From assembly GCF_009914755.1 (NCBI RefSeq), contig NC_060934.1: DNA of 64,000 bases; one strand, given 5' to 3'. Of this stretch, positions 53,422-64,000 are shown one piece after another. This DNA is from the human T2T-CHM13v2.0 reference genome, Homo sapiens. The first letter of the stretch is position 1, and every line of letters begins with the position of its first letter. The position numbers and the translations under genes are program-made. The notes below the pieces were generated by a model. It saw only the letters and a program-made list of their open reading frames with translations. It ran no database searches and was not told the origin of the DNA.

Positions 53422-54447
53422 TTACATTTTGGCATGATTTTGCAGCGGCTGGTACCGGTTGTTCCTTTCCATGTTTAGCGCTTCCTTCAGGAGCTCTTTT
53501 AGGGCAGGCCTGCTGGTGACAAAATCTCTCAGCATTTGCTTGTCTGTAAAGTATTTTATTTCTCCTTCACTTATGAAGCTTAGTTTGGCTGGACATGAAA
53601 TTCTGGGTTGAAAATTCTTTTCTTTAAGAATGTTGAATATTGGCCCCCACTCTCTTCTGGCTTGTAGGGTTTCTGCCGAGAGATCCGCTGTTAGTCTGAT
53701 GGGCTTCCCTTTGAGGGTAACCCGACCTTTCTCTCTGGCTGCCCTTAATATTTTTTCCTTCATTTCAACTTTGGTGAATCTGACAATTATGTGTCTTGGA
53801 GTTGCTCTTCTCGAGGAGTATCTTTGTGGTGTTCTCTGTATTTCCTGAATCTGAACATTGGCCTGCCTTGCTAGATTGGGGAAGTTCTCCTGGATAATAT
53901 CCTGCAGAGTGTTTTCCAACTTGGTTCCATTCTCCCCATCACTTTCAGGTACACCAGTCAGACGTAGATTTGGTCTTTTCACATAGTCCCATATTTCTTG
54001 GAGGCTTTGCTCGTTTCTTTTTATTCTTTTTTCTCTAAACTTTCCTTCTCGCTTCATTTCATTCATTTCATTCATTTCATCTTCCATTGCTGATACCCTT
54101 TCTTCCAGTTGATCGCATCGGCTCCTGAGGCTTCTGCATTCTTCACGTAGTTCTCGAGCCTTGGTTTTCAGCTCCATCAGCTCCTTTAAGCACTTCTCTG
54201 TGTTGGTTATTCTAGTTATACATTCTTCTAAATTTTTTTCAAAGTTTTCAACTTCTTTGCCTTTGGTTTGAATGTCCTCCCATAGCTCAGAGTAATTTGA
54301 TCTTCTGAAGCCTTCTTCTCTCAGCTCGTCAAAGTCATTCTCCATCCAGCTTTGTTCCGTTGCTGGTGAGGAGCTGCGTTCCTTTGGAGGAGGAGAGGCG
54401 CTCTTATTTTTAGAGTTTCCAGTTTTTCTGTTCTGTTTTTTCCCCAT
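53422..54447 (-). CDS. ORF1: LINE-1 ORF1p (RNA-binding chaperone), open, 341 aa
   Basis: MGKKQNRKTGNSK...REKG...ARR...YQPLQNHAKM; 3-aa insertion (NEM) and YPAKLS>CPAKLS. Confidence 0.95.
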   Translation of the reverse strand: MGKKQNRKTGNSKNKSASPPPKERSSSPATEQSWMENDFDELREEGFRRSNYSELWEDIQTKGKEVENFEKNLEECITRITNTEKCLKELMELKTKARELREECRSLRSRCDQLEERVSAMEDEMNEMNEMKREGKFREKRIKRNEQSLQEIWDYVKRPNLRLTGVPESDGENGTKLENTLQDIIQENFPNLARQANVQIQEIQRTPQRYSSRRATPRHIIVRFTKVEMKEKILRAAREKGRVTLKGKPIRLTADLSAETLQARREWGPIFNILKEKNFQPRISCPAKLSFISEGEIKYFTDKQMLRDFVTSRPALKELLKEALNMERNNRYQPLQNHAKM

Positions 54448-55345
54448 CTTTGTGGTTTTATCTACTTTTGGTCTTTGATGATGGTGATGTACAGATGGGT
54501 TTTTGGTGTGGATGTCCTTTCTGTTTGTTAGTTTTCCTTCTAACAGACAGGACCCTCAGCTGCAGGTCTGTTGGAGTACCCTGCAGTGTGAGGTGTCAGT
54601 GTGCCCCTGCTGGAGGGTGCCTCCCAGTTAGGCTGCTCGGGGGTCAGGGACCCACTTGAGGAGGCAGTCTGACTGTTCTCAGATCTCCAGCTGCGTACTG
54701 GGAGAACCACTGCTCTCTTCAAAGCTGTCAGACAGGGTCATTTAAGTCTGCAGAGGTTACTGCTGTCTTTTTGTTTGTCTGTGCCCGCCCCCAGAGGTGG
54801 AGCCTACAGAGGCAGGCAGGCCTCCTTGAGCTGTGGTGGGCTCCACCCAGTTCGAGCTTCCCGGCTGCTTTGTTTACCTAAGCAAGCCTGGGCAATGGTG
54901 GGAGTCCCTCCCCCAGCCTCGCTGCCGCCTTGCAGTTTGATCTCAGACTGCTGTGCTAGCAATCAGCGAGACTCCGTGAGGTAGGACCCTCCGAGCCAGG
55001 TGCAGGATATAATCTCGTGGTGCGCCGTTTTTTAAGCCCGTCGGAAAAGCGCAGTATTTGGGTGGGAGTGACCCGATTTTCCAGGTGCCGTCCGTCACCC
55101 CTTTCTTTGATTAGGAAAGGGAACTCCCTGACCCCTTGCGCTTCCCGAGTGAGGCAATGCCTCGCCCTGCTTCGGCTCGCGCACGGTGCGCGCCCCCACT
55201 GACCTGCGCCCACTGTCTGGCACTCCCTAGTGAGATGAACCCGGTACCTCAGATGGAAATGCAGAAATCACCCGTCTTCTGGGTCGCTCAGGCTGGGAGC
55301 TGTAGACCAGAGCTGTTCCTATTGGGCCATCTTGGCTCCTCCCCC
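54448..55345 (-). promoter_or_regulatory. L1 5'UTR internal sense promoter (YY1 site) and antisense promoter; CpG-rich
   Basis: YY1 core aagatggcc near the 5' end; the densest CpG region in the window. Confidence 0.85.
54895..54984 (+). pseudogene. ORF0: L1 ORF0 (antisense), truncated to 29 aa
   Basis: MVGVPPPASLPPCSLISDCCASNQRDSVR* vs ORF0 MAGAPPPASLPPCSLISDCCASNQRDSVGVGP... Confidence 0.8.
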
Positions 55346-55361
55346 AGGGTTTGTGAATTTT

Positions 55362-56890
55362 AATAAACTTCAAGAAAACAGCTTTTGGTTTCATTGATTT
55401 TCTCTATTGTTTTCCTGCTTTCAATGTCATTGATTTTGGCTTAAATTTGTATTATTTTTCTTCTACTTTCTTTGAATTGTATATGCTCTTTCTAGTTTCC
55501 TTAGGTTAAAAAACATTATCGATTTTGGACCTTCCTTCTTTTCTCATATATGCACTCAATGCTATAAATTTCCCTCTGAACACTGCTTTTACTGGTCCCA
55601 CAAATTTTGATAAGTTGTATTTTTATGTTTACTTAGTTGAAAATATTTTTAAATTTCTCTTGCGATTTCTTCCTTGCCCCATGTGTTATTTGGAAGTGTG
55701 TTGTTTAATCTCCAAATATTTGGGTATTTTCCAGCTATCTTTATTACCGATTTCTAGTTTAATTCTGTTGTGGTCTGAGAGCATATTTTGTGAGTTTTCT
55801 AAGGTACGTTTTATAGCTCAGAATGTGGTCTACCTTGGTGAATGTTTCATGTGAGCTCAAAAAGATGCATATTCTTCTGTCGTTGAAGTATTCTATAAAT
55901 GTCAATTAAATCCAGTTGACTGGTGATGGGGTTCAGTTCAACTATGTCTTTATTGATTTTCTGTCTGCTGGATCTGACAATTACTGATAGAAGTGTGTTG
56001 AAATCACCAACTGTAATACTGGATTTGTCTATTTCTCTTTGCAGTTCTCTCAGTTTTTGCCTCATGTAGATTGATGCTCTGTTGTCAAGTGCATACACAT
56101 TAAAATTGTTATTTTTTTTGCAGATTGACCCCTTTTATATTATGTAATGGTCCTATTTATCCCTGATAATTTTCCTTGATCTAAAGTCTGCTTTGTCTGA
56201 TTTTTTTTTTTTTTTTTTTTTGAGACGTAGTCTCGCTCTGTAGACCAGGCTGGAGTGCAGTAGCGTGATCTCGGCTCACTTCAACCTCCACCTCCCGGGT
56301 TCAAGCGATTCTCCTGCCTCAGCCTCCTGAGTAGCTGGCACTACAGGTGTGTGCCACCACGCCCAGCTAATTTTTTTATTTTAGTAGAGACGGGGTTTCA
56401 CCATGTTAGCTAGGATGGTCTGTATCTCCTGACCTCGTGATCTGCCCGCCTTGGCCTCCCAAAGTGCTGGGATTACAGGCGTGAGCCACCGCGTCCATCA
56501 TGAGCCACCGCGCCCGGCCGTCTGAAATTAATATAGCTATGCCAACTTTCTTTTGACTAGTAGAGCACAGCATTATCTTTCTCCATCACTTTACTTTTAG
56601 TCAATTTGTGACTTTATAAAGTGGGTTTCTTGTAGATAACACATAGTTGGGGTCTTGTTTGCTTTATTTTAACCACTCTGAGCGTCCTTGTCTTTTCATT
56701 GATGTATTAGACCATTCACATTTTAATTAATTATGAATATAGTTGGACTAGTATCTACAATACTTGTAACTGATTTTCATTTGCCACTCTTGTTCTTTCT
56801 TTTTTGTTCTCCATTCTTTTCTGCCTTCTCTGGTTTTAATTTTAGTGTTTTATATAGTCCTACCTTCTCTTAGCATATCATTTATACTTG
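55362..56890 (-). mobile_element. Old L1M ORF2 5' part
   Basis: EN-like VGDFNTLLS...DLIDIYRIL. Confidence 0.8.
56201..56519 (-). mobile_element. AluSc-like
   Basis: Full reverse Alu; small 5' duplication tgagccaccgcg x2; TSD gtctga. Confidence 0.93.
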
Positions 56891-58120
56891 TTTTGGCAAA
56901 AATGTGGAGAAACTGGAACCCTCATACAGTGCTAACAGGAATATAAAAGGAGGCAGACATTATGGAAAAGGTCAGCGAGTCCTCAAAAAGTTAAACATAG
57001 AATTATCATATGACTCAGAAATTCCATTCCTAGGTGTATACCCGAAAGAATTGAAAACAGGGACTCAAACAGATACGTGGACAGCAATGTTCACAGGAGC
57101 ATTATTTATGTGAGCTTAAAGGTGGACACAACCCAAGTATCCATCAATATATGAGTGGATAAACAAAATGTGGCACATACATATGATGGAATATTATTTG
57201 CCATAAAAAGGAATGAAGTTCTTATACACGCTGCAACATGAATGAGCCCTGGAACATTATACTAAGTGAAATAAGCCAGACACAAATGGTCAACTATAGT
57301 ATGATTCAATTTATTTGAAATATCTAGAACAGGCAAATTTATAGAGATATGAAATAGATTAGAGGTTACCAAGGTTACCAGGGTCTGGATAGAGGAAGAA
57401 ATAGGGAGTTATTGCTTAATGGGTGCAATAAGCAATAGGTTTAGTTGTTTGGAGTGACGAAGAATTTCTGTAAACAGATAATGGTGATAATTATACAACA
57501 TTATGAATGTACTTAATGTCACTGAATTGTACACTTTAAAAATGGTTGAAATGGTTAATTTTATGTTATGTGTATTTTAAAACAATTTTTAAAATGCATA
57601 AGGAAAGGGGAGTAACCCTACCGGGTACAAAGATTTCACACACAGAAAATGTTAATAATTAAAGACACCATGGTGTTGGATCAGAGTTAGACAAACTGAC
57701 TATTAACAGAGAATAAAAAGCCACCACATAGATACATTTATTTACATTTGGCACATGACAGAGATGACAGGGCAGAAAAAAGAGTGACTATTTGATAAAT
57801 GGAGTTAGTTATACACATACAAAAAGGAAAAGTGGATCTCTATTTCATATCATACATAGAAATCAACAAAAAGTAGATTAAGATTTTAATGGAAAATAAA
57901 ACTTTAAAAAATATTTACGTGACATACAGGAAAGGATTTCTTAAACAAGACAATATGAGTCAAAACATAATGATTAATACAATTGATTACATTAAAACTA
58001 AGAATGTCTATTCAGCAAAAGGCAGCTTAAAGAAAGCAAAAAGACAAACTACAAAATCAGAGAATATTTTTTGCAATGTATTTAAATGCAACAGATTAGC
58101 ATCCTAAATATACAAAAACT
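56891..58120 (+). mobile_element. L1MB 3' end plus L1ME fragments
   Basis: EKLEPSYSANRNIK...ELSYDSEIPFLGVYPKELK; L1M 3'UTR. Confidence 0.75.
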
Positions 58121-58121
58121 T

Positions 58122-58312
58122 GACTGGGTATAGTCCCGATACTTGGGGAGGCCGAGGCAGGAGGACTGCTTGAGACCAGGAGCTTGAGACCACCCTGGGC
58201 AACATAGCAAGACCTCATCTCTACTAAAAGTGTAAATATTAGCCAGGTATGGTGGCATGCACCTGTAGTCCCAGCCACTCAGAAGGCTGAGGCAGGAGGA
58301 AACAAAACAAAC
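58122..58312 (+). mobile_element. Partial AluJ
   Basis: gaggccgaggcaggaggactgcttgag...cctgtagtcccagc. Confidence 0.8.
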
Positions 58313-59699
58313 CAAAATAACAGGTCAAGTGTTAGAGATTACAGTTAGTTCTGCTGTATTGTTTGTTGTGAAAATATGAATGTGCTCCAGTGTAACTAAT
58401 ATATTAAAGAACAATTTGTGCAAAATGTGAATTTTGCATTTGATTACACACAACTTTACCCCACGGAATGTACTAGGTGAATGCAGAAAACTGTACCTGG
58501 GTGGATGCACTACACAGGAATACACAAAACAAACCTCTAATATCTACCAGCTACCTCAGTTCACTACAGTGTTTTGAGTCACATCCATTCACATTTAGTA
58601 CCTTTTATTCATAACTGATTAAAATTTAGAAATGTTTTGTTATAAGGCATTGCCTAAATATTGGTAGAGTTGATTCACGTAAAAGCTACTTTTTGAATTA
58701 TACCTTCTAACTTCTCCATTTCCCTTTAAGGACATTTTCAGTAGGCCCGAAAAGGTTAGAAATAAGCATGAAAATATCAGTGTGTCCATTAGAAAAAGAA
58801 ACTGGAATTATAGCTAGAAGGGAAGAAGAAGCTGAGTCATTCCCAGGAGAATGATGAACTACAAACTTTCAGAGATGCAATTTCCTCCACCCTCCTTTGT
58901 CAATTTCACGGCCACCCATTAAAAAGTCAAAATGTCTGTACTCGGCAAATCCTCCAATACAGGTGTGAGGGGGCAGCACCTGCAACGTATAGGCTGTTTA
59001 CTTTGTAAGAATTCTGTGCTTGGCATTGCTACTTGTGGCTCTGGAAAGAGTCTTTGATCAAATTCACTCTGGTACTAACTTGCCTTAGGTCTGCCACTAA
59101 AACATAGATGCCTAAGTTCTCCTTTTAGGCACATTTCCTAGACCACACACACATCAGGGGTCTTGTCTGGGGCACTTTCAGTGAAGCATACAAAAGTAGC
59201 TCCTAACAGACCATGAACGTGTTAAGTATCATGTCCCATTCCTCTCTATATCCCTATAACCTGGCACATTATTATTGAGTGCTGGTGGTAAAGGCAGAAT
59301 AAAACCCTATCTCTGGCACATTAATAGGGCTGTACAGCCCCACTAACCCATGGTAGGGCTGTACAGACAGCAGCCCTATTAGCAACAGTTCTAGACAACA
59401 CAAAAGTATAGTGAGAAAAAACAGATCAGTGGCTGTTGAGGGTAGGAGAAAGAACTGACTAAAATGGGCACAAGGGAATTTTGAGGGTGACAGAAATGTT
59501 CTAATCTTGATTGTGGTGTTGTTTATGTGGTGTGTACATTTTTCAAAAGGCTTGAAACAGTACACTTAAAACAACCTTTATGTAAGTCATATCATTGTAA
59601 AAATTTAATAAAAAGTAATTTAGAGTCTAGAAGTGGGGAAAGGCAGGATAATACTTCAGGAACTTTGTACTCTCTTTAAAAAGTAACAAAAAATCACCA

Positions 59700-60872
59700 T
59701 TTAACTTACAACATATAAAAAATTAACTCAAAATGGATCAAAGACCTGAACTTGAGACTTAAAACTATAAAACTCTTAAAAGACAACATAGAGCAAAAGC
59801 TTCATGACGCTGGATTTGGCAATGATTTTTTTGGATAGGGCGTCAAAAGCACAGGCAACAAAAGTAAAAATAAACTGAACTACATCAAGATTAAGAACTT
59901 CTGTGCATCAAAGGACAGTATCAACAGAATGAGAAGAAAACATACGGAATGGGAGAAAATATTTGCAAATCATATATCTGATAAAATATTAATATTCAGA
60001 ATATATAAAGAACTCTAAAACTCAACCACAGAAACAAACAAGCTGACTCAAAAATAGGAAAAGGAATTGAATAGACATTTCATTCATTATGGAAATACTA
60101 GGAAAATGAAAATCATTAGGGGAATAAAAATCAAACCCACAATGAAACACCACCTCATACCCATTAGAATGGCTATCAAAAAACACAAAACAAAAAACAA
60201 ATAGAAAACAACATATGTTGGTGAGGATGTGGAGAAATTAGAACCCTTGTACACTGTTGGCGAGAATGTAAAATAGTGCAGCCGCTATGGAAAACAGCAC
60301 AGTGGTTCTTCAAAGAAGATCCTACAATATCACTTCTGGGTATAAATCCCAAAGAACTGAAAGCAGAGTCTCAAAGAGATATTTGTACACCCATGTTCAT
60401 GTTCATAGCAGCACTGTTACTAACAGCCAAAAGAAAGAAGCAACCCAAATGTCCATCAATAATGAATGGGTAAACAAATTGTAATATACATACAATGGAA
60501 TTATTCATCCTTAAAAAGAAAGGAAATTCTGACACGTGCTACAACATGGATGAACCTTAAAGGACACTAAGTCAGTTTAAATAAGCCAGTCACAAAAGGA
60601 CAGATACTGATATCCCACTGATAAAGGTACCTAGAGTAGTCAGATTCATAGAGACAGAAAGTAGAATTTGGTCGTCAGGGGCCAGGGGACAGAAGGCTGG
60701 GGAGTTGTTGTTTTAACAGGTACAGAGCTTCAGTTTTGCAGGATGAAGAAGTTCTGGAGATTAGCTTCACAATAATGTGAATACACTTAACACTACTAAA
60801 CTGTACACTTAAAAATGGTTAAGATGGTCAATTTTATGCTATATGTATTTTCCACAATTTGAAATAAAACAA
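59700..60872 (+). mobile_element. L1MB ORF2 3' end and 3'UTR
   Basis: aattaactcaaaatggatcaaagacct...[22 protein letters not shown]...aaaatggttaagatggtcaattttatg. Confidence 0.85.
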
Positions 60873-61038
60873 AACAATCACCATTGGGTGGGCTCAAATA
60901 AAAGTTAAGAATTCAGAAGGGAATAAGGGCTGTTTCATATGATTGTGCCAGTTGTCTTACACAAGGGCACCTAGCTATGAATTTAAAATTCGCCCCGTCC
61001 TCTGTTCTCCAAGCCATGTGCCCTAATTTGTGAAAACA

Positions 61039-61110
61039 GAAGGAAGGAAGGAAGGAAGGAAGGAAGGAAGGAAGGAAGGAAGGAAGGAAAGGAGGGAGGG
61101 AGGGAGGGAA
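61039..61110 (+). repeat. (GGAA)12(GGGA)n microsatellite
   Basis: Direct reading. Confidence 0.97.
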
Positions 61111-61469
61111 AGGTGAGCCAGGAAAAAGAGGATAGAGAAGGGGAAGAAGAATAAGAAAAAGGATCTGACTGTTGGGGTGGATCTGTTCCCAAGACTTTTT
61201 CTTTAAAGGCTTCTGACCCTGTGACAGAAGAGCACAAGTTGGCTCAGAATGATGATTTAGGAACTGTGCTTCCCTTTCCAACTACAGTGTGTGTGGTAGC
61301 ACTAAATTATCCTCTGGAAGAGAAGATTGAAAGCACAGGATCACCTTTTACTATTTCTCTTGACCTCTGTTCCAAATAGGAAATGACATCATGCTGAAAA
61401 AGTCCACCATTACTCTCAGTTAAATTCTGCCTTCTTCTGAATGGAAATACTCCTGAGAGTAATTAACGC

Positions 61470-63900
61470 ATCAATATTAACATTTATCGAGCTTACGCGT
61501 TGTGCCAGGGACTGTTCCAAATACTTTACATGGATTGTATCACTTAATCCTGAAATATCTCAGATGAGGTAAATAGTATTACTATCCAAATTTTAAATTT
61601 TATAGATGAGGAATCTGAGACACAGGCTAAATAGCATAAGGTCACACAGTCAAAAAGGAAAGCTCTGGAAATCCACATTTGACTTTTCCTTAAATGACAG
61701 ACATGACCTTTCCCCATAAATGACCTTTCCTTTCAGAACAGAAGCTAAGCAAATTAAAGAAGAACTGGTATTCCTTGGACTATGTCACCTTCTAAGGGGA
61801 GGTGGAACCTACTAAGTTACCCTGAGGGAACAAAAACAAAGGCCCAAAGAATGCCAGCCCATTTCCAAGCAGCCTCTCTTAACAGGTAAGCACAATCCAA
61901 AGGCTTTGAGTTCCTAACAACACTGAATTTCTTGCAGTTTTTAGCATATACATTTTCTCCAGTATGCATTTGCTCATGCTGGTCCTTCCACTGGGAAAAT
62001 ATGGTCCCTTGCCCTACTTTACATGAATGACTGCCTCATCCATCAAGACCGAAGGCAAGTAGTGAGTGTCCTTTCCAGGAAGGTTTCTCTAAGCCCTCTT
62101 CCTCCCACTCTGCCAGAATGAGCCTAGTTCCCTTACTACATGACATGGAAATGATCTCTTTTCCATGCCTGTATCCTCCAGTTGAGGCAGGGACTGTGTC
62201 TTATTAATGACTGCCATGTGTCAAGTGATCAGGGCTTTACATACAGTGTCTCATTTAGCCTTAAAAACAACCCTGGGAGATTGGTATTCTCAACCCCTTA
62301 TAAATGAGGAAAACGTCTAAACTAATAAGGGATAGATGAAAGATTTAACCCAGATGTGACACCAAAGCCTGTACATGTAACCACTATATTGCATAGTACT
62401 TCCCGTACTTAGATTTGCATTCACTATGCCCAACACAGTAGCTTGCAAATAACCGATGTTTAAGAGATGTTTACTGAACTGATTTGAAGCCATGGGCTTA
62501 AATGATCCCCAGTAAGGATGTGAACATAATAGGTTAGGTTATAACTTTGGCCTCTCACAGGCAAGCAAACTCTAGTTTGGGTAATGACACTAGCCTCTCA
62601 GAAACTCTCTTGCTGCTGCATATGAAAGCCTATGATTCTCTAGATGACCAAGCTACAACATCCTTTATCCAGAATTTGCGACAAATGCGAGAATTGATAA
62701 ATCTGTAGGAGTAAATCCCTGTGTGTTTGAAATGAACCAACACACACAAATGCAGACACGGTATTTAAAAATTGTGAAACTTTATCCCCTTTGGGGACAA
62801 ATTAAGCCAATAAAAACAAAGGGGAAGAAGAAGGCATTCTCTAGACCCATCTGGCTGCACCCAGTGCATAAGGATCTGCCAATCATGAGGCAACGGCGCC
62901 CAGCTGGTTTGGGTCACTGAGAGAAAAGCTGCATGCAGATAGTTTATGTACTGGAATAAATCAAGATGAGCAATTACCATTTTCTGGAGAAGCTTGGACT
63001 TATTCAGGGTGAGCTTTCACATTGTTACTGTCTTTAGAGAACCGAATTTTAGAAAAAGTGAGGGGGAGATAAGGGAGAGACTGAGGCTGAAGGGTTTAAA
63101 AAGAAAAGGGTATGGGCTCATATGTAATACTTTCTTCAGCTCATAGATAAGAAATGCCTGGTTGAGGGACAGTTCCACCAGGTCCACTAATAGCAGTACA
63201 TGAAGAATTTGACAGAGCTGAAATTTTTCAACAATTCTAAGGGCTTCACAATAAATGCAAGAATAGCAGCCAATACTTATAGAGTCCTAAATGCTTCAGA
63301 CTCTACAATATATAATGAGAACTCCTTCAATAAATGTCAGTAGTAGTCATTATATCTACTATCATTAGTATTACTATCCTCAGTTCACTATCCCTCACAA
63401 GGACACTGAGTATATACTACCATCATCCCATATTACACATGAGGAACTAAGCTAAGACAAGTTAGGTAGCATGCCCAGATACATACAATTAGAAATTGGA
63501 GGCAGCAGAGCCCACAAGTGCAGAAAGTATTACTACAATAATAATGGTAGCCACCATTTTACAGCTACTGCAGGTGATCTTGTGTTGAGCACTTCACAAT
63601 CACTATCTTTCAAGCTCACACCAACCCTGCAAGGCATTATTATTAATAACTTGAAATGAAAAAAAAAGCCACGTATCATGGTGCATGCCTGTGGTTCCAG
63701 CTACTCGGGAGGCCGAGGTGGGAGGATAAGCCGAGATCATGCCACTGCACTCCAGCTGGGGTGACAGAGAAAGATCTTGTCTCAAAAACACAACACAACT
63801 AAACAAAACAAAAACCTGAGACTCAAAAAAGTCATGTCAAAAGTCATTCAGCTAATAAGTAGCTGAGGCCAGATTCAAACTCCGATCTACCCAACCCCAA
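61470..63900 (-). mobile_element. Several MIR relics (~61470-61660, 62205-62390, 63400-63510, 63570-63900) plus L2 remnants
   Basis: ttttatagatgaggaatctgag, aaatgaggaaa, gaggaactaagct...aagttaggtagcatgccc. Confidence 0.65.
63660..63814 (+). mobile_element. Alu right-monomer fragment
   Basis: ccagctactcgggaggccgagg...gccactgcactccagc. Confidence 0.85.
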
Positions 63901-64000
63901 AGGCTACGGACTTTTTCACGACACCAGGCTCTCTTTAGTCATAAGCTGTACTGTAACAACTTACGGAACAACTAGGAAACAATTGTGGACAATGCATTGG

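Noticed and set aside
57410-57437. 9-bp inverted repeat tattgctta/taagcaata in an L1 3'UTR
   Set aside because: Too short to separate from chance.

Overview
Primate, almost certainly human, non-coding genomic DNA, not prokaryotic. It is AT-rich, CpG-depleted and mostly transposable elements: about 30 Alu/FLAM copies or fragments, many old L1M/L1PB fragments, a near-full-length Alu-interrupted L1MA (485-7176), MaLR/ERV LTRs, L2/MIR relics, hAT MITEs and an HSMAR2 transposase fragment. One young full-length L1PA2/3-like element lies on the minus strand (49309-55345), with an open ORF1 and an ORF2 broken by two frameshifts. I recognise no cellular protein-coding exon, rRNA, tRNA or CRISPR, and nearly all ORF-track entries are repeat-derived. 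Most old L1s lie on +, and three short segments carry minus-strand splice signals, which weakly suggests an intron of a minus-strand transcript. I cannot name that gene. I found no convincing new biological system. The most unusual signals are locally templated rearrangements: a perfect 21-bp-stem hairpin in unique DNA (40963-41009); a 226-bp copy of nearby DNA pasted inside an Alu; a 180-bp dispersed duplication carrying a 42-bp tandem; a tailless 59-bp Alu head with a perfect target-site duplication (TSD); and smaller inverted repeats. Subfamily names are by eye and repeat boundaries are approximate.
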